64,000 nucleotides of DNA from an uncultured SAR116 cluster alpha proteobacterium (lineage in GTDB: Bacteria; Pseudomonadota; Alphaproteobacteria; Puniceispirillales; Marisalimonadaceae): assembly GCA_902539895.1 (NCBI GenBank), contig CACBMD010000003.1, forward strand, positions 8,015 through 72,014, given 5' to 3'. The notes beneath the pieces are model-generated. The model was not told the DNA's origin, made no database searches, and was given only the letters and a program-made list of their open reading frames with translations. Positions 38,656 through 49,701 of the stretch are shown in pieces (within the stretch, counting starts at the first letter, position 1; each line of letters starts with the position of its first letter). The translations under genes were made by a program, and so were the position numbers.

Positions 38656-41187
38656 TTAGAAATGAGACCTCAAAACAACTAATGGCTTTGACATAATCAA
38701 ACCAATCATACTGAATAAACTAAATAAAGTGATTAAAAATGGGACTAATAATGACAAAACAAAAATCGTATTGTAATCAACATTTATCTCAATATTGAAT
38801 ACATAATTTAATAAAATATAACTTACAAAAAATCCAATAATTAGAGAAACAACTGATGAAATCAGACCTATTATGAAATATTCTTTAAACCAAAGATAGA
38901 CTACTCTTCTTGGAGTTGCACCTAGTATTTTTAAAATAGCAACTTCATATAATTTGTCTTTTTTACCCACATCAATTATTCCTGATAGAACTATTATACC
39001 AGAAAAAAGAGTTATTAAAGCGATAGAATTTATAATAATAATTAAAAGATTTAAAATTGACTTTATAGCTTTATAGCTTTCTTCAATAGATATAGATGAA
39101 ATATTTGAAAATTCAGAAACTATTTTTTCAACAAAATCATTATTTAGGTTTTGTCCAACATTTTTTGTAGTTGCAATCCATGAATGAGGTGCATTTGCAA
39201 TATTACTATTACTTAATATAAATACGAAATTAATATCCATATTCTCCCAAATGATTTCCCTTGTATTAAAAATTTTAGCTTCAAAGTTTCTTCCAAGAAT
39301 ATTAAATTTAATTTTATCTCCAATTTTTAGCTTCATACCTTTTGCAATTTTGTCTCCAATGGAAACTAAAAGAGGTCCATCATAATTTTTAGGCCACCAC
39401 TTACCAGAAATTAATTTAGTGTTTTTAGGCATTTCATTACTCCAGGAAAATGCTCTATCTCTTCTTAAGACCCATTCAACTTCTTTATCTACTTTCAAAC
39501 CTTGAACTGATTGACCATTTATCTGTAGAATACGTCCTCTTAACATAGGCTGTGAGTTAAAACTGTTATCTCCTAAATATGATAAGGCGGTAGTCTTAAT
39601 TTTTTCGATTTGCTGGGGCTGTATGTCAATTAAAAAATGGGTGGGTGCTTGTTGATTAATTGCAATGGTAATTCTTTTATCAAGACTTGATTCAATAATA
39701 TTTAAGGTAATTAAAAGTGATAGTCCTATACTAAAAGAAATTACTATTGATCTTGCAAATGAGTTGCTTTTCGTTATTGCTTTTCTAATGTATTCAAATG
39801 TTGTTCCTAATCTGAATTTAATTTTTGACAAAATATAAAATTTTAAATTTGTTAATCCATATATAAATACAAAAGAACCTGTCATTGATATCAAAATATA
39901 AAATGATAATTTTTTATCATTAATCAAATTCATTGTTAAAACACATAAAAAACATATTAATAGAAAAATTATAACCTTTATTTTATAAGATGATCTAATC
40001 AACAAATTCTCAGATGAGTTTCTTATTAATTCAATTGGCTTAATTTTATAAGTTTTTAAAAGAGGCAAGATAGTAAATAAAATACATGTAATTAAACCAT
40101 ATAAGAAGCTAATAAAAATTGGTTCAAAAAAAATAGAAGGTTCAAATGTGTTGAAAATTTCCTGACTTATAATTTGTGAAAAGAAATATGGAATTGATAT
40201 TCCTACTATTATAGCAGGTATAATACTTATTAAAAAAATGATTAAAATTTGATTAAGATATATGTTTAAAACTTTTGAATTTTTTGCTCCCAATGACTTC
40301 ATGATAGCTATATTTTTAGTTTTCTTAATTATATAACCCTTAACACCATTGGAAATTCCTACTCCAGAAATTAGCAGAGTTATCAAACCAACTAATGAAA
40401 TGAATATTGAGGTTCTATCAACAAAATTATTAAAATTATTGGTAGTATTTTCTATACTTCTTATAGAAACATTCGTTCCTTTTACTAAATCATTTAAGAA
40501 TGCTAAATTAATTTTATTTTGATTGTTTGGAACAAATTTTATTTTGTATTTTATCAATGAACCAGCTTTCAAAAGACCTGTTTCAACTAGGGATTCTCTA
40601 GAAAGTAAAACTCTTGGACCAAACGTTGCAAAAGAAAACATTCGATCAGGTTCTTTTTCAATTATTCCATTAATTTTAAACTTAGATTTACCTAAATTAA
40701 TTAGATCACCAACATTAATACCAAGTTGGTCTTTTAAAGATTTATCAATTAAAATATTTTTTGTATTTTTTTTTGTATTTAAAGACAGTTTAAGTTTTTG
40801 ATTAGGAGAAATTAAAACTTTACCAATTAATGGGTAATTGTTATCTACAGCTTTTAATTCTACAATGCGACGCTTTATTTGAGATTGAGAGTTATAAGAA
40901 AGCATTGTTCTTAGCTCAATTATTTGAGTTGTTGTACCATTTTCTTCTAACCATTTTTTTATATTTTTTGGAAATTCTTGATAAGTGATTGATAATTCAA
41001 AATTACCACCAAGCATCTCAGCTCTTTTATTCTTAATTTCAGATTTAAGGTTTTCGGAAATACTGCCTACAGCTGAAATAATAAATACGCCTAAAAAAAT
41101 TGAGGCAAAAACAATTTTAAATTCATTGAACGATCCGCGTAATTCTCTAAAAGATAAATGTAAGTTTTTTAAAGTTTCTAGAAACAT
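38656..41187 (-). CDS. FtsX-like ABC permease (YbbP type)
   Basis: ELKAVD..YPL.G, two FtsX-like TM blocks, FLIDIQP; adjacent to YbbA-like and TesA-like genes. Confidence 0.88.
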   Translation of the reverse strand: MFLETLKNLHLSFRELRGSFNEFKIVFASIFLGVFIISAVGSISENLKSEIKNKRAEMLGGNFELSITYQEFPKNIKKWLEENGTTTQIIELRTMLSYNSQSQIKRRIVELKAVDNNYPLIGKVLISPNQKLKLSLNTKKNTKNILIDKSLKDQLGINVGDLINLGKSKFKINGIIEKEPDRMFSFATFGPRVLLSRESLVETGLLKAGSLIKYKIKFVPNNQNKINLAFLNDLVKGTNVSIRSIENTTNNFNNFVDRTSIFISLVGLITLLISGVGISNGVKGYIIKKTKNIAIMKSLGAKNSKVLNIYLNQILIIFLISIIPAIIVGISIPYFFSQIISQEIFNTFEPSIFFEPIFISFLYGLITCILFTILPLLKTYKIKPIELIRNSSENLLIRSSYKIKVIIFLLICFLCVLTMNLINDKKLSFYILISMTGSFVFIYGLTNLKFYILSKIKFRLGTTFEYIRKAITKSNSFARSIVISFSIGLSLLITLNIIESSLDKRITIAINQQAPTHFLIDIQPQQIEKIKTTALSYLGDNSFNSQPMLRGRILQINGQSVQGLKVDKEVEWVLRRDRAFSWSNEMPKNTKLISGKWWPKNYDGPLLVSIGDKIAKGMKLKIGDKIKFNILGRNFEAKIFNTREIIWENMDINFVFILSNSNIANAPHSWIATTKNVGQNLNNDFVEKIVSEFSNISSISIEESYKAIKSILNLLIIIINSIALITLFSGIIVLSGIIDVGKKDKLYEVAILKILGATPRRVVYLWFKEYFIIGLISSVVSLIIGFFVSYILLNYVFNIEINVDYNTIFVLSLLVPFLITLFSLFSMIGLIMSKPLVVLRSHF

Positions 41188-41196
41188 TCTGGTTAT

Positions 41197-41892
41197 TTAT
41201 TTCACTATTAAGCCATTATCTATTTTTATAATTCTATCGCACAACCTTGCCACAGACGTGTCATGGGTGACCAAAATTAATGTAGATCCAAAATCTTTTT
41301 TTAATTGGAAAATTAACTTGATCACATCTTCACTATTTTTTTTATCTAAATTCCCAGTTGGTTCATCAGCTATTAAAATTTCAGGATTTGATATTAAAGA
41401 TCTTGCTATAGCAACTCTTTGCTGTTCTCCACCAGATAGTTGGTGGGGATAGTGAAAGATTCTATTTTTTAACCCTACTGCGGTTAATAACTCCATTGCC
41501 ATTTTATTATTTTTAAAATTACCTGATATCTCAATTGGTAAATTGACATTTTCAAGAGCCGTCATTGAAGGTAAGAGGTTGAATGATTGAAAAATTACAC
41601 CAATATTTTTAGATCTATATAAAGCCAAATCATCTTCTTTAAGATTATGTATAGGCAAATTGTTGAAAAGAATTTTTCCTTTAGATATCAGTTCCAAACC
41701 AGCAATACACATAATTAAAGTAGATTTTCCTGCTCCACTTTCACCAATTATACCAACACTTTCATTTTTAAAGATTTTTAGATTAATTCCTTTTAGAACA
41801 TTTATTGTTTCAAATGAGTTTTTGAGATCTACATGAATATTTTCTAATTCAATCAGTTTATTTTTATTTTCATTTTTCATTAGAGATGTCAT
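41197..41892 (-). CDS. ABC ATP-binding protein (YbbA/LolD type)
   Basis: GESGAGKS, LSGGEQQRVAIAR, ADEPTGNLD. Confidence 0.93.
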   Translation of the reverse strand: MTSLMKNENKNKLIELENIHVDLKNSFETINVLKGINLKIFKNESVGIIGESGAGKSTLIMCIAGLELISKGKILFNNLPIHNLKEDDLALYRSKNIGVIFQSFNLLPSMTALENVNLPIEISGNFKNNKMAMELLTAVGLKNRIFHYPHQLSGGEQQRVAIARSLISNPEILIADEPTGNLDKKNSEDVIKLIFQLKKDFGSTLILVTHDTSVARLCDRIIKIDNGLIVK

Positions 41893-41955
41893 TTAAAAAA
41901 TTGTGTTTTGAAAAAATAATCTTTCTAAAAGAAATTAATCAGGTTAAATAAAATT

Positions 41956-42585
41956 ATGAAATTTATAATTAGATTATTTTCTGCATTAATTATTACATTT
42001 TCTTATATAGAACTTGCTTACTCAAAAACAACAAAAATTATAATTTTTGGAGATAGTTTAATTGCTGGATATGGATTAGTTGTTGAAGATAATTTTGTAA
42101 ATCAATTAAAGCTGAAAACTATAGAAAACAAAATAAACGATGTAACTTTGTTCAATAGTGGTGTTTCAGGAGAAACATCTACTGGATTATTAAATAGATA
42201 TAAATGGGTTCTTGAAGATAATTATGACGGTGTAATTATTCTAATTGGTGCAAATGATGCTTTAAGAGGAATTGATCCAAGCTTAACAAGTCAAAATATC
42301 GAAAAAATTTTAAGTTATCTAAAAGAAAAACAAATTCCGACCATGCTAATTGGTATGAAAGCACCAAATAATTTAGGAGAAATATATGTAAATGAGTTTA
42401 ATGCAATATATCCTAAGTTATCAAAAAAATATAATACAGCTTATTACCCTTTTTTTCTAAAAGATGTTGCTCTAAAGCCTTCATTAAATCAAAGAGACAT
42501 GATACATCCTAACAAAAAAGGTGTGAAAATAATTATAAACAACTTTTTCCCATACTTTTTAGAATTTTATGAAAGTTTGAAATAA
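41956..42585 (+). CDS. tesA: Arylesterase / acyl-CoA thioesterase I (SGNH hydrolase)
   Basis: GDSL, SGET, GANDALRG, DMIHPN; divergent from ybbAP-like genes. Confidence 0.88.
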   Translation: MKFIIRLFSALIITFSYIELAYSKTTKIIIFGDSLIAGYGLVVEDNFVNQLKLKTIENKINDVTLFNSGVSGETSTGLLNRYKWVLEDNYDGVIILIGANDALRGIDPSLTSQNIEKILSYLKEKQIPTMLIGMKAPNNLGEIYVNEFNAIYPKLSKKYNTAYYPFFLKDVALKPSLNQRDMIHPNKKGVKIIINNFFPYFLEFYESLK

Positions 42586-42759
42586 TTACCGTCTAAAGAT
42601 CAAAAACCTTACTATACGCAACAATCCTCTTAAAGCTATTGATCTAAAAAGTGGGTTATTAACTAAAATTTTTAACTTATTTCTTATTTTGGGTAATTTG
42701 TTTTTAAATAGCCACAATATTACAAATAATAAAATAAAAATTAATATTGTTTTAATCAT
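42586..42759 (-). CDS. Small basic membrane protein (57 aa)
   Basis: Manual translation MIKTILIFILLFVILWLFKNKLPK...LRGLLRIVRFLIFRR; ATGA overlap with the upstream gene. Confidence 0.65.
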   Translation of the reverse strand: MIKTILIFILLFVILWLFKNKLPKIRNKLKILVNNPLFRSIALRGLLRIVRFLIFRR

Positions 42760-43520
42760 TTTAAATTAAGGCTAATTTCACCTAATTCACCAAAATTAGC
42801 AGTTACAATATCACCTGTAACAACCGGTATTGGTTTAGAGCATGTTCCCGTTGACACTATCATATCTTTTTCAAGTAAAATATTATTTTGAGATAATTCG
42901 TTTACCAACCAAGTTAATGCAATTTTAGGATCTCCTAATACGTTAGATCCAATCCCTTGATGTGCAAATTTTGAATTTGATATTGAAACTTTATGATTAG
43001 AAAAATCTATATCTTTCCAATCCATATCAACAGGTTTAGAAAAAACAAATTGATCAGCACATGCATTGTCAGCAATAAGACTTAGTTCTCCAACTGAAGA
43101 GAAGTTATTGAACCTAGAGTCAGGCAATTCAATTGCTAAATGTAAGGTTTCAACTAATTCCATTACTTCTTTAACTTTGTAATATGACTTATTTGGTTTT
43201 ATTTCAGTTCCAATTTTAAAAGCAAATTCAGGTTCAGCAACTGCCATCTGATTACTTCCTAATATTAGATTACTGTTTGGAATTTTTGCTTTGTCTTTGA
43301 AAATTCTACCCGCTAAAGGACCTGAAACTCCTATATGATTTTGACCATCTTTGCTAGTGGCTGCTATTTTCCAACCTATTTTTTTATATTCACTTATAAT
43401 TTCAATTTGCTCTTGAATTTTATAAGCCTCTTTTCGAGAATTAGGCTTCATCCTCTCTGACAAAGAATCTAATTTTTTACCCTCATTCCAACTTTTCCAA
43501 ATTAATTTTGCAACTTCCAT
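42756..43520 (-). CDS. 2-keto-4-pentenoate hydratase / FAH superfamily
   Basis: GWKIAAT, EPEFAF, IADNA, VLGDP, STGT. Confidence 0.88.
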   Translation of the reverse strand: MEVAKLIWKSWNEGKKLDSLSERMKPNSRKEAYKIQEQIEIISEYKKIGWKIAATSKDGQNHIGVSGPLAGRIFKDKAKIPNSNLILGSNQMAVAEPEFAFKIGTEIKPNKSYYKVKEVMELVETLHLAIELPDSRFNNFSSVGELSLIADNACADQFVFSKPVDMDWKDIDFSNHKVSISNSKFAHQGIGSNVLGDPKIALTWLVNELSQNNILLEKDMIVSTGTCSKPIPVVTGDIVTANFGELGEISLNLK

Positions 43521-43561
43521 TTATAAAAAATTCCTTACTAATCAAGAATCTTAATTATTTT

Positions 43562-43726
43562 TTATTTATTTGTATCATTAAAGTTTTTGAATAGTATTTT
43601 ATATAAACTTGATTTTGAACTACTTTGAATATTCCACTTTTTTTTTAATAATCTATAGAGATACAAACATCCTATACCTATCAATAAATATAAAATAGCT
43701 GATGGATCTTCCATGTATATACTCAT
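43562..43726 (-). CDS. Possible small membrane protein (54 aa)
   Basis: Manual translation MSIYMEDPSAILYLLIGIGCLYLYRLLKKKW... Confidence 0.45.
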   Translation of the reverse strand: MSIYMEDPSAILYLLIGIGCLYLYRLLKKKWNIQSSSKSSLYKILFKNFNDTNK

Positions 43727-43953
43727 AATAAATTTTTTTATTATCCTAATTTCATATTTTAACTAAGTTTAGTCAAGAAAACTATATATTTAAAGTTATT
43801 AACATTGCTTAATATTTAATTAGTTTAAATAAAAATTTCATGTGAAATTTTACAATTCATTTAGTTAAACTGTATTTTTTATTATTTTATGATATTTATT
43901 ACATATGAAGATTATAGTAGGAATATTTTTGTTTTTTTGTGTTCTAAACATTG

Positions 43954-45318
43954 CTATGTATTCAATGTCTTTTTTTGGTTAATTTCTGATTTCCAATCTC
44001 GACTTAACATACATAAACCTAAACCAATACCAGTGATTCCAAGACCAAATGAAACTGCATAAAATATTGAGTTTATTGACCAAGAAAATTTTATAGCTAA
44101 GTAACAAATAATGGATACAGACAAAAATCTAATTATCCCTACCAAAACAGGATAAAAAATCTTACCTGTTCCTTGACTAGCAAAATATAATGTTTGCCCG
44201 GCTGCAAAAAAACAATAAAATGGTCCAACAATAATTAAATAAAGAATTGCTGATTGTTTTGATAAAAAATTAGTTTGAAAATTATCTAGCCATAATTCTG
44301 GATAAAACGATACAATTCCACTGATAATTCCCACTACTAAAAATGAAATAATCGCCCCTACCCACGCTATGTTTCTTGCTCTATTAATCTGATTTGCCCC
44401 TGCATTTATTCCAACTGTTGCTGTAAGGACAGACCCAATTCCAAAAACTAATGGAGTAATTATAATCTCTAATCTACTACCTAAACCATAACCAGCAAGA
44501 GCGTCTACGCCATAATAACTTACTGTAGCTGTAACCACACCTACTGTTCCTGCTATCGTTGTACTATTTATCAACCCTCCAATACCTACTTTCATTATAT
44601 CAAAAAATGATTCTTTATTAAGTGAATAAGGGCAGAGTTTTACAATATTTTGTTTAGACTTAATATAAAAGTACAAATATAAAGCCATAATGAAATGTGA
44701 AAAAATCATAGCAATTGCAGGTCCCATTAATCCAAAATTTGGAAACCCAAACCAGCCTAATGTTAAAGCTCCTGCTAAAACTATTTGTAAAAAGCAACCA
44801 GAAATTTGAACTATTGCTGGAATAACAAATTCACCAATAGCCCTTAAAACTGCTGAAAAAATATATAATAACCAAGTGAATACAGCACCACCAAAAGCGA
44901 TTTGTGAAAAGTTAATGGCTCCTTCTAAAACATCATTATCACCTCCCATTGACATAAAAATATACTTTGGAAACAAAACAAAAATAACTGAGTAAATTAT
45001 AGACATTGAAATACCAATCAAAACTGCATGCCAAATTGCTGAATTAGCACTTTCGATTAAATTTGCTCCCAAAAATCTTGAAATAGACGCTGTACTTGCA
45101 CCACCAATTGCACCTGCTGACATCATTTGCATTAATGTTATAAATGGAAAAACTAGAGCTAGACTAGCTAATGACACATTTCCTAATTTAGATACAAAAT
45201 ATGCGTCAGAAATTACTATTAATACCATTGAAATACCAGTGATAGAATTCGGCAATGACAATTTACAGATCATTTTTAATACTGGTCCATTGAGAATTAA
45301 ATCAATATTATTTTTCAT
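43954..45318 (-). CDS. MATE family transporter
   Basis: ~12 TMs; DAYFVSKLG..LA, AGYGLGSRLE. Confidence 0.9.
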   Translation of the reverse strand: MKNNIDLILNGPVLKMICKLSLPNSITGISMVLIVISDAYFVSKLGNVSLASLALVFPFITLMQMMSAGAIGGASTASISRFLGANLIESANSAIWHAVLIGISMSIIYSVIFVLFPKYIFMSMGGDNDVLEGAINFSQIAFGGAVFTWLLYIFSAVLRAIGEFVIPAIVQISGCFLQIVLAGALTLGWFGFPNFGLMGPAIAMIFSHFIMALYLYFYIKSKQNIVKLCPYSLNKESFFDIMKVGIGGLINSTTIAGTVGVVTATVSYYGVDALAGYGLGSRLEIIITPLVFGIGSVLTATVGINAGANQINRARNIAWVGAIISFLVVGIISGIVSFYPELWLDNFQTNFLSKQSAILYLIIVGPFYCFFAAGQTLYFASQGTGKIFYPVLVGIIRFLSVSIICYLAIKFSWSINSIFYAVSFGLGITGIGLGLCMLSRDWKSEINQKKTLNT

Positions 45319-45356
45319 AAATAAAAACTCTTAGAGTATTATAATGGTTATGAATA

Positions 45357-46337
45357 TTATTCAGATAAAGAAGGACACCTGCCTTCAGATTTAAGTATTT
45401 CAAACGCTCTAAAGGTATGTTCAATTCCTTTTTTAACAGAAATTGAAGGATAATCACCTATATGATTTCTAAGAGGCAAATCATCTAAATCTGGAGGAAA
45501 AGGAAAAGATTTATTAACACAAGTAATGTTTGTTTCTTTACTCAATTCCTTTATTAATGACAATCCATATTCAATAGTCTCACAGCTACCATTTAAATTA
45601 AATACATGGGAACCAGTTAAATCTTTAATCACTGACTTTATGAAAGCTATCGCTGCCTCACCTGCATATAACCAACTATATTTTCCATTAAATGGAATTT
45701 CGTATTTTTTATCCAATGCAGCAGCTTGAATGGCCAAAGTATTTTTTGAACTCATACCTTGATCTCTGGCTAAGCCATATACAATGTTGGGCCTAATACC
45801 TATTGAAGGCACTTGCCAATCTGACCAGTATACGAAAGCTGTGTGTTCATTGGCTAGTTTGTATGCTCCATATAGAGTTTCTTTCCATGGGCCATTTGGT
45901 GGCAGTCCCAAAGCTGCTACTGAAGATGCATAAACTGTTCTTTTGATATTTGCTTTTTTTGCAATTTCTAAAATATTTATCGTGCCTTCAACATTTACAC
46001 GAGCACCTAGAGAAGGGTTTTCTGCACAAAAAGGAACTTGAAGGCCTGCTAAATGAATTATGGCACTTGGTTTAAAGCTAGTTATGATTTTACTCAGTTT
46101 TTCAAGATGAGTAATATCACAAACCTTCCAATCGATTTTGTTAGTTTCATTTCCAAGAAGAAGTTCCAATCGATTTTTATTATCAGTTAAATCTATAGCT
46201 ATACAGGGAATATTTGATCTATGTAGAATTGTTAAAACCCAAGCCGCTATACAACCCGCTGCACCAGTTACAACTACAGGGCCATCAAAACTATTATTTT
46301 TTATAAGTAAATCATCAGTCAAAAAGTCCAAACTCAT
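45357..46337 (-). CDS. NAD-dependent epimerase/dehydratase
   Basis: VTGAAGCIA, HLAGLQ, YGAYK. Confidence 0.88.
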   Translation of the reverse strand: MSLDFLTDDLLIKNNSFDGPVVVTGAAGCIAAWVLTILHRSNIPCIAIDLTDNKNRLELLLGNETNKIDWKVCDITHLEKLSKIITSFKPSAIIHLAGLQVPFCAENPSLGARVNVEGTINILEIAKKANIKRTVYASSVAALGLPPNGPWKETLYGAYKLANEHTAFVYWSDWQVPSIGIRPNIVYGLARDQGMSSKNTLAIQAAALDKKYEIPFNGKYSWLYAGEAAIAFIKSVIKDLTGSHVFNLNGSCETIEYGLSLIKELSKETNITCVNKSFPFPPDLDDLPLRNHIGDYPSISVKKGIEHTFRAFEILKSEGRCPSLSE

Positions 46338-46402
46338 TTTAATGCTCTCATAATAATATTTAAATTAAGACTGACATATCAAGGAAGATTAATAAACACA
46401 AT

Positions 46403-47539
46403 TTAATAAACTTTTTTGACAAAATTATTAATATCTAATGCTAACTCTAAAGGTTTTTCCATTGCTGCGAAATGTCCTCCAGACTTATGGGATGACCACA
46501 TAACAATATTTTGATAATATTGTGAAGCAAGACTTAATGGAGGTGAAAAAATTTCCTTTGGAAACTCACTATACCCCATTGGGGATAATATTGGCTCATC
46601 CTTACTAATTGGCCAATCTGACCTGTGTCTGATATAATAAGGCCAAAATGAAGCACCAATACAACCAGTTATCCAATATAAGGTTATGTTAGCTAACATT
46701 TTATCTATGTCGATTTTAGAAAATAAATCGCCATCATGATCTATCCAAGTATAAAATTTTTCACTTATATACGAACATAATGATACAGGAGAAGCGTTAA
46801 GTGCATGAGCAAGAGTAAAAGGTTTAGTCCCTTGTAATTGCTGATAACCAGATTCAAATTGGAGAAAATTCTTTAATTTTTGATAATATATCTTTTCTTC
46901 ATTATTATTTGGCATCTTATCTAACCCTCTTGGCAAAGGTAACAAGTTTAGATGAATACCCTTAACAGATTTGGAATCATTTTTAGACATTATTGAAGCA
47001 ATAAAAGATCCTAAATCTCCGCCTTGTACAAAATAATTTTCATATCCCAAATTTTTCATAAGTATTAAAAAATGATTGGAAATTTCTTCTAGATCCATTG
47101 GTTTTTGATCAGTAAAAAAAGAAAATCCTACATTTGGTAAAGAAGGAATCACAATATCAAAAGGCTGGCATCCTAGTAAATTATGATCTTTGGGATTTGT
47201 TAACAAAGGTATTAAATCAAAGAATTCAAATATCGATCCCGGCCATCCGTGAATAAGCAATAATGGTAAAGCATTTTTTTTTGGTGATTTAATATGTAAA
47301 AAATGAGTTTTTATGCCTTCATCAATAAAATAAAATTGATTAAATGAATTTAGTTCTTTTTCGGACTTTTCCCATGAAAATTTATTTTTCCAATAATCTA
47401 AAATATAATCAAGTCTATTATATGAAATACCAGCATCCTTATTAAAATCTGACGCCCAATCAATAATTCTACTATTTGAAATTTGTAATTTAAGATTTTC
47501 TATTACTTTTGGATTTGTTACTGAAACAAATTTTTCCAT
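46403..47539 (-). CDS. Microsomal-type epoxide hydrolase
   Basis: HGWPGS, QGGDLG, GGHFAAME. Confidence 0.92.
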   Translation of the reverse strand: MEKFVSVTNPKVIENLKLQISNSRIIDWASDFNKDAGISYNRLDYILDYWKNKFSWEKSEKELNSFNQFYFIDEGIKTHFLHIKSPKKNALPLLLIHGWPGSIFEFFDLIPLLTNPKDHNLLGCQPFDIVIPSLPNVGFSFFTDQKPMDLEEISNHFLILMKNLGYENYFVQGGDLGSFIASIMSKNDSKSVKGIHLNLLPLPRGLDKMPNNNEEKIYYQKLKNFLQFESGYQQLQGTKPFTLAHALNASPVSLCSYISEKFYTWIDHDGDLFSKIDIDKMLANITLYWITGCIGASFWPYYIRHRSDWPISKDEPILSPMGYSEFPKEIFSPPLSLASQYYQNIVMWSSHKSGGHFAAMEKPLELALDINNFVKKVY

Positions 47540-47646
47540 AATAAATCCAACTCTTATTTTTTAAAACAATAATTACATCATAATTATTGTTTTTCAAAAA
47601 AAAAAGACCAAATATAACTATGTTCAATTAATTCAAAAAAATAAAA

Positions 47647-48210
47647 ATGCAAAAATCTCTCAAAATATTACTTGTTAACTCATTTGTTACTTTAGTTACT
47701 TTTACTTACTTCACATATATAAGTAAGTCAGATACTTTTGTTTATTCTGGTGGATGCTTTTGGTGTACTGAAGCAGATACAGAAAAACTTGATGGAGTGT
47801 CAGATGTTATAAGTGGTTTCACTGCAGGCACAACAAAGGACCCAAAATATATTCCTGGGCAGTGGGGAGATCACCGTGAAGCAGCGCTAGTGATATATGA
47901 TCCTAAGAAAATCACATTTAAAGAACTTGTAACTCATGTATTCAAGACTATAGATTATGAAGATGCTTATGGACAATTTTGTGATAGAGGTAGGTCTTAC
48001 ACACCTGCAATTTATTATAAAAATGTGGATCAGAAAAAAATTATTTTGTCATTAGCTCCAAAAACTTCAATTGTTCCAGTAGAAAAAGAGAGCAAATTTT
48101 ACCCTGTAAGAGAAGAACATCAAAATTACTACAAAAAACAAAGCTATAAATATGAATATTATAGATTTATGTGCAGAAGAGATAAAAGATTAGAACAATT
48201 AAATAATTAA
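47647..48210 (+). CDS. msrA: Peptide methionine sulfoxide reductase A, exported
   Basis: GGCFWC, GQFCDRG, EEHQNYY; hydrophobic N-terminal leader. Confidence 0.92.
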   Translation: MQKSLKILLVNSFVTLVTFTYFTYISKSDTFVYSGGCFWCTEADTEKLDGVSDVISGFTAGTTKDPKYIPGQWGDHREAALVIYDPKKITFKELVTHVFKTIDYEDAYGQFCDRGRSYTPAIYYKNVDQKKIILSLAPKTSIVPVEKESKFYPVREEHQNYYKKQSYKYEYYRFMCRRDKRLEQLNN

Positions 48211-48216
48211 TTGCTT

Positions 48217-48816
48217 TCATACTTTAGTTAATTCTCTATTGCCTCTTGGGTCTACCCAACCAATTAAACCATCTTCCCTTTTATAAATCATATTAAGCCC
48301 GCTATGTTTTGAGTTTCTAAACATAAGCGCAGAAGCATTTCCTAATTTCATTTTTTCAAGGGCATCAACAACTGTTAATTCTTCTATCTCTGTATCTAAT
48401 TCTGCAAAAATAAGTGGCTCTTGAGTGTTATTTTCTTTGTTTATGAAAACACCTGATGGAGGTTCATTAATTATTTGAAATTGTGCATCCAACACGTTTG
48501 ATTTAAGAAAGTTATCGTTATGTTTAGAATTTTTAATTTTTCTTTTATATCGTCTTAATTGTTTTGAGAGTTTTTCAAGAGTAGAATCAAATGCTATTTT
48601 TGCAGTTTCACCATTTGATTGAGCTGTAAATTCCATTTTTTTTGTAATATGAAGTACTATAATAATATAAAAAATCTTGTTTTTTTTTGAGACACTTACA
48701 ATTGAAGAAACAGCATTTGGAAAGAATTTAGTAACTGCATTAAATAAATTTAACTCTGCATATTTGGTAAAAGATTGACCTACCTTAACTTGCTTACCAA
48801 ATATTTTAAAGTTCAT
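48217..48816 (-). CDS. hpf: Ribosome hibernation promoting factor, long form
   Basis: KQLRRYK; C-terminal FRN...NMIYKREDG.IGWVDP. Confidence 0.88.
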   Translation of the reverse strand: MNFKIFGKQVKVGQSFTKYAELNLFNAVTKFFPNAVSSIVSVSKKNKIFYIIIVLHITKKMEFTAQSNGETAKIAFDSTLEKLSKQLRRYKRKIKNSKHNDNFLKSNVLDAQFQIINEPPSGVFINKENNTQEPLIFAELDTEIEELTVVDALEKMKLGNASALMFRNSKHSGLNMIYKREDGLIGWVDPRGNRELTKV

Positions 48817-48924
48817 AAATTCCCTCCTTAATATTATTATTAAATTACAAAATTATTATAGACTATTGTCAATAATTTAATTTTTAAAATATAAAGTAAT
48901 TATAAATTGTGATGTGAGTTCCAT

Positions 48925-49227
48925 ATGACTTGTTACTTAATAGTTAAATCAGACACAAAGCTTGTTGATAGAGAAAAATTTGACAATTGGTATGAAAAAG
49001 AGCACTTAAGCGAAGCAAGGGAAGCATTTATGGCTAAAAGTGCAAAAAGAGGCTGGATAAAAGATTCTAATTTTCATCTTGCCATATATGAATTTAAAAA
49101 TATTAGAGATGCTGAAAAGGCAATAAATTCAAAAAATTTAGAGAATCTTATAAAAAAATTTGATCAAAAATGGGAAAATAAAGTTCATAGAACAAGAGAG
49201 TTAACAGAATTTATACAAATCATTTAA
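48925..49227 (+). CDS. EthD/DUF4286-like small protein
   Basis: FDNWYEKEHL, AIYEF. Confidence 0.65.
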   Translation: MTCYLIVKSDTKLVDREKFDNWYEKEHLSEAREAFMAKSAKRGWIKDSNFHLAIYEFKNIRDAEKAINSKNLENLIKKFDQKWENKVHRTRELTEFIQII

Positions 49228-49618
49228 TAATCTGATTAGATATCTCAATTAAGTTTTTATCTGGGTCTCTGACATATATAGATTTTATTGTGCCATTAGC
49301 TCCAGTCTTTATGACTGGACCTTCTTCAATTTTAATATCAAATTTGTCAAATATTTTTATCCAGTCACTAACATTTATGTCGCTTAAAAAACAAATGTCC
49401 ATAGTACCTGGGAGTGGGTTGTGTGCGTGCGGTTTAAAAGGTTTTGAAGCTTCATGTAAATTAATTTTTTGTGTACCAAATTTAAGAGATTTTCGTTTTA
49501 CATTATCTGTTGTTGATAAAAATTCTTGTAATTCCATACCTAAAATATTTGAATAAAAATGTATGGATTTGTTTATATCAGTGACTGTTATTACAACGTG
49601 ATCTATAAAAAGTGACAT
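49220..49618 (-). CDS. VOC/glyoxalase family protein
   Basis: IDHVVITV, QKINLH, YVRDPDKNLIE. Confidence 0.9.
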   Translation of the reverse strand: MSLFIDHVVITVTDINKSIHFYSNILGMELQEFLSTTDNVKRKSLKFGTQKINLHEASKPFKPHAHNPLPGTMDICFLSDINVSDWIKIFDKFDIKIEEGPVIKTGANGTIKSIYVRDPDKNLIEISNQIIK

Positions 49619-49701
49619 GATAAAATACTTTATATTAATAAAAAAATTAAGTATGTCTTACAATAATTATGTAAAAAAAATAACTAGAAAGTAAAAAAGT
49701 T

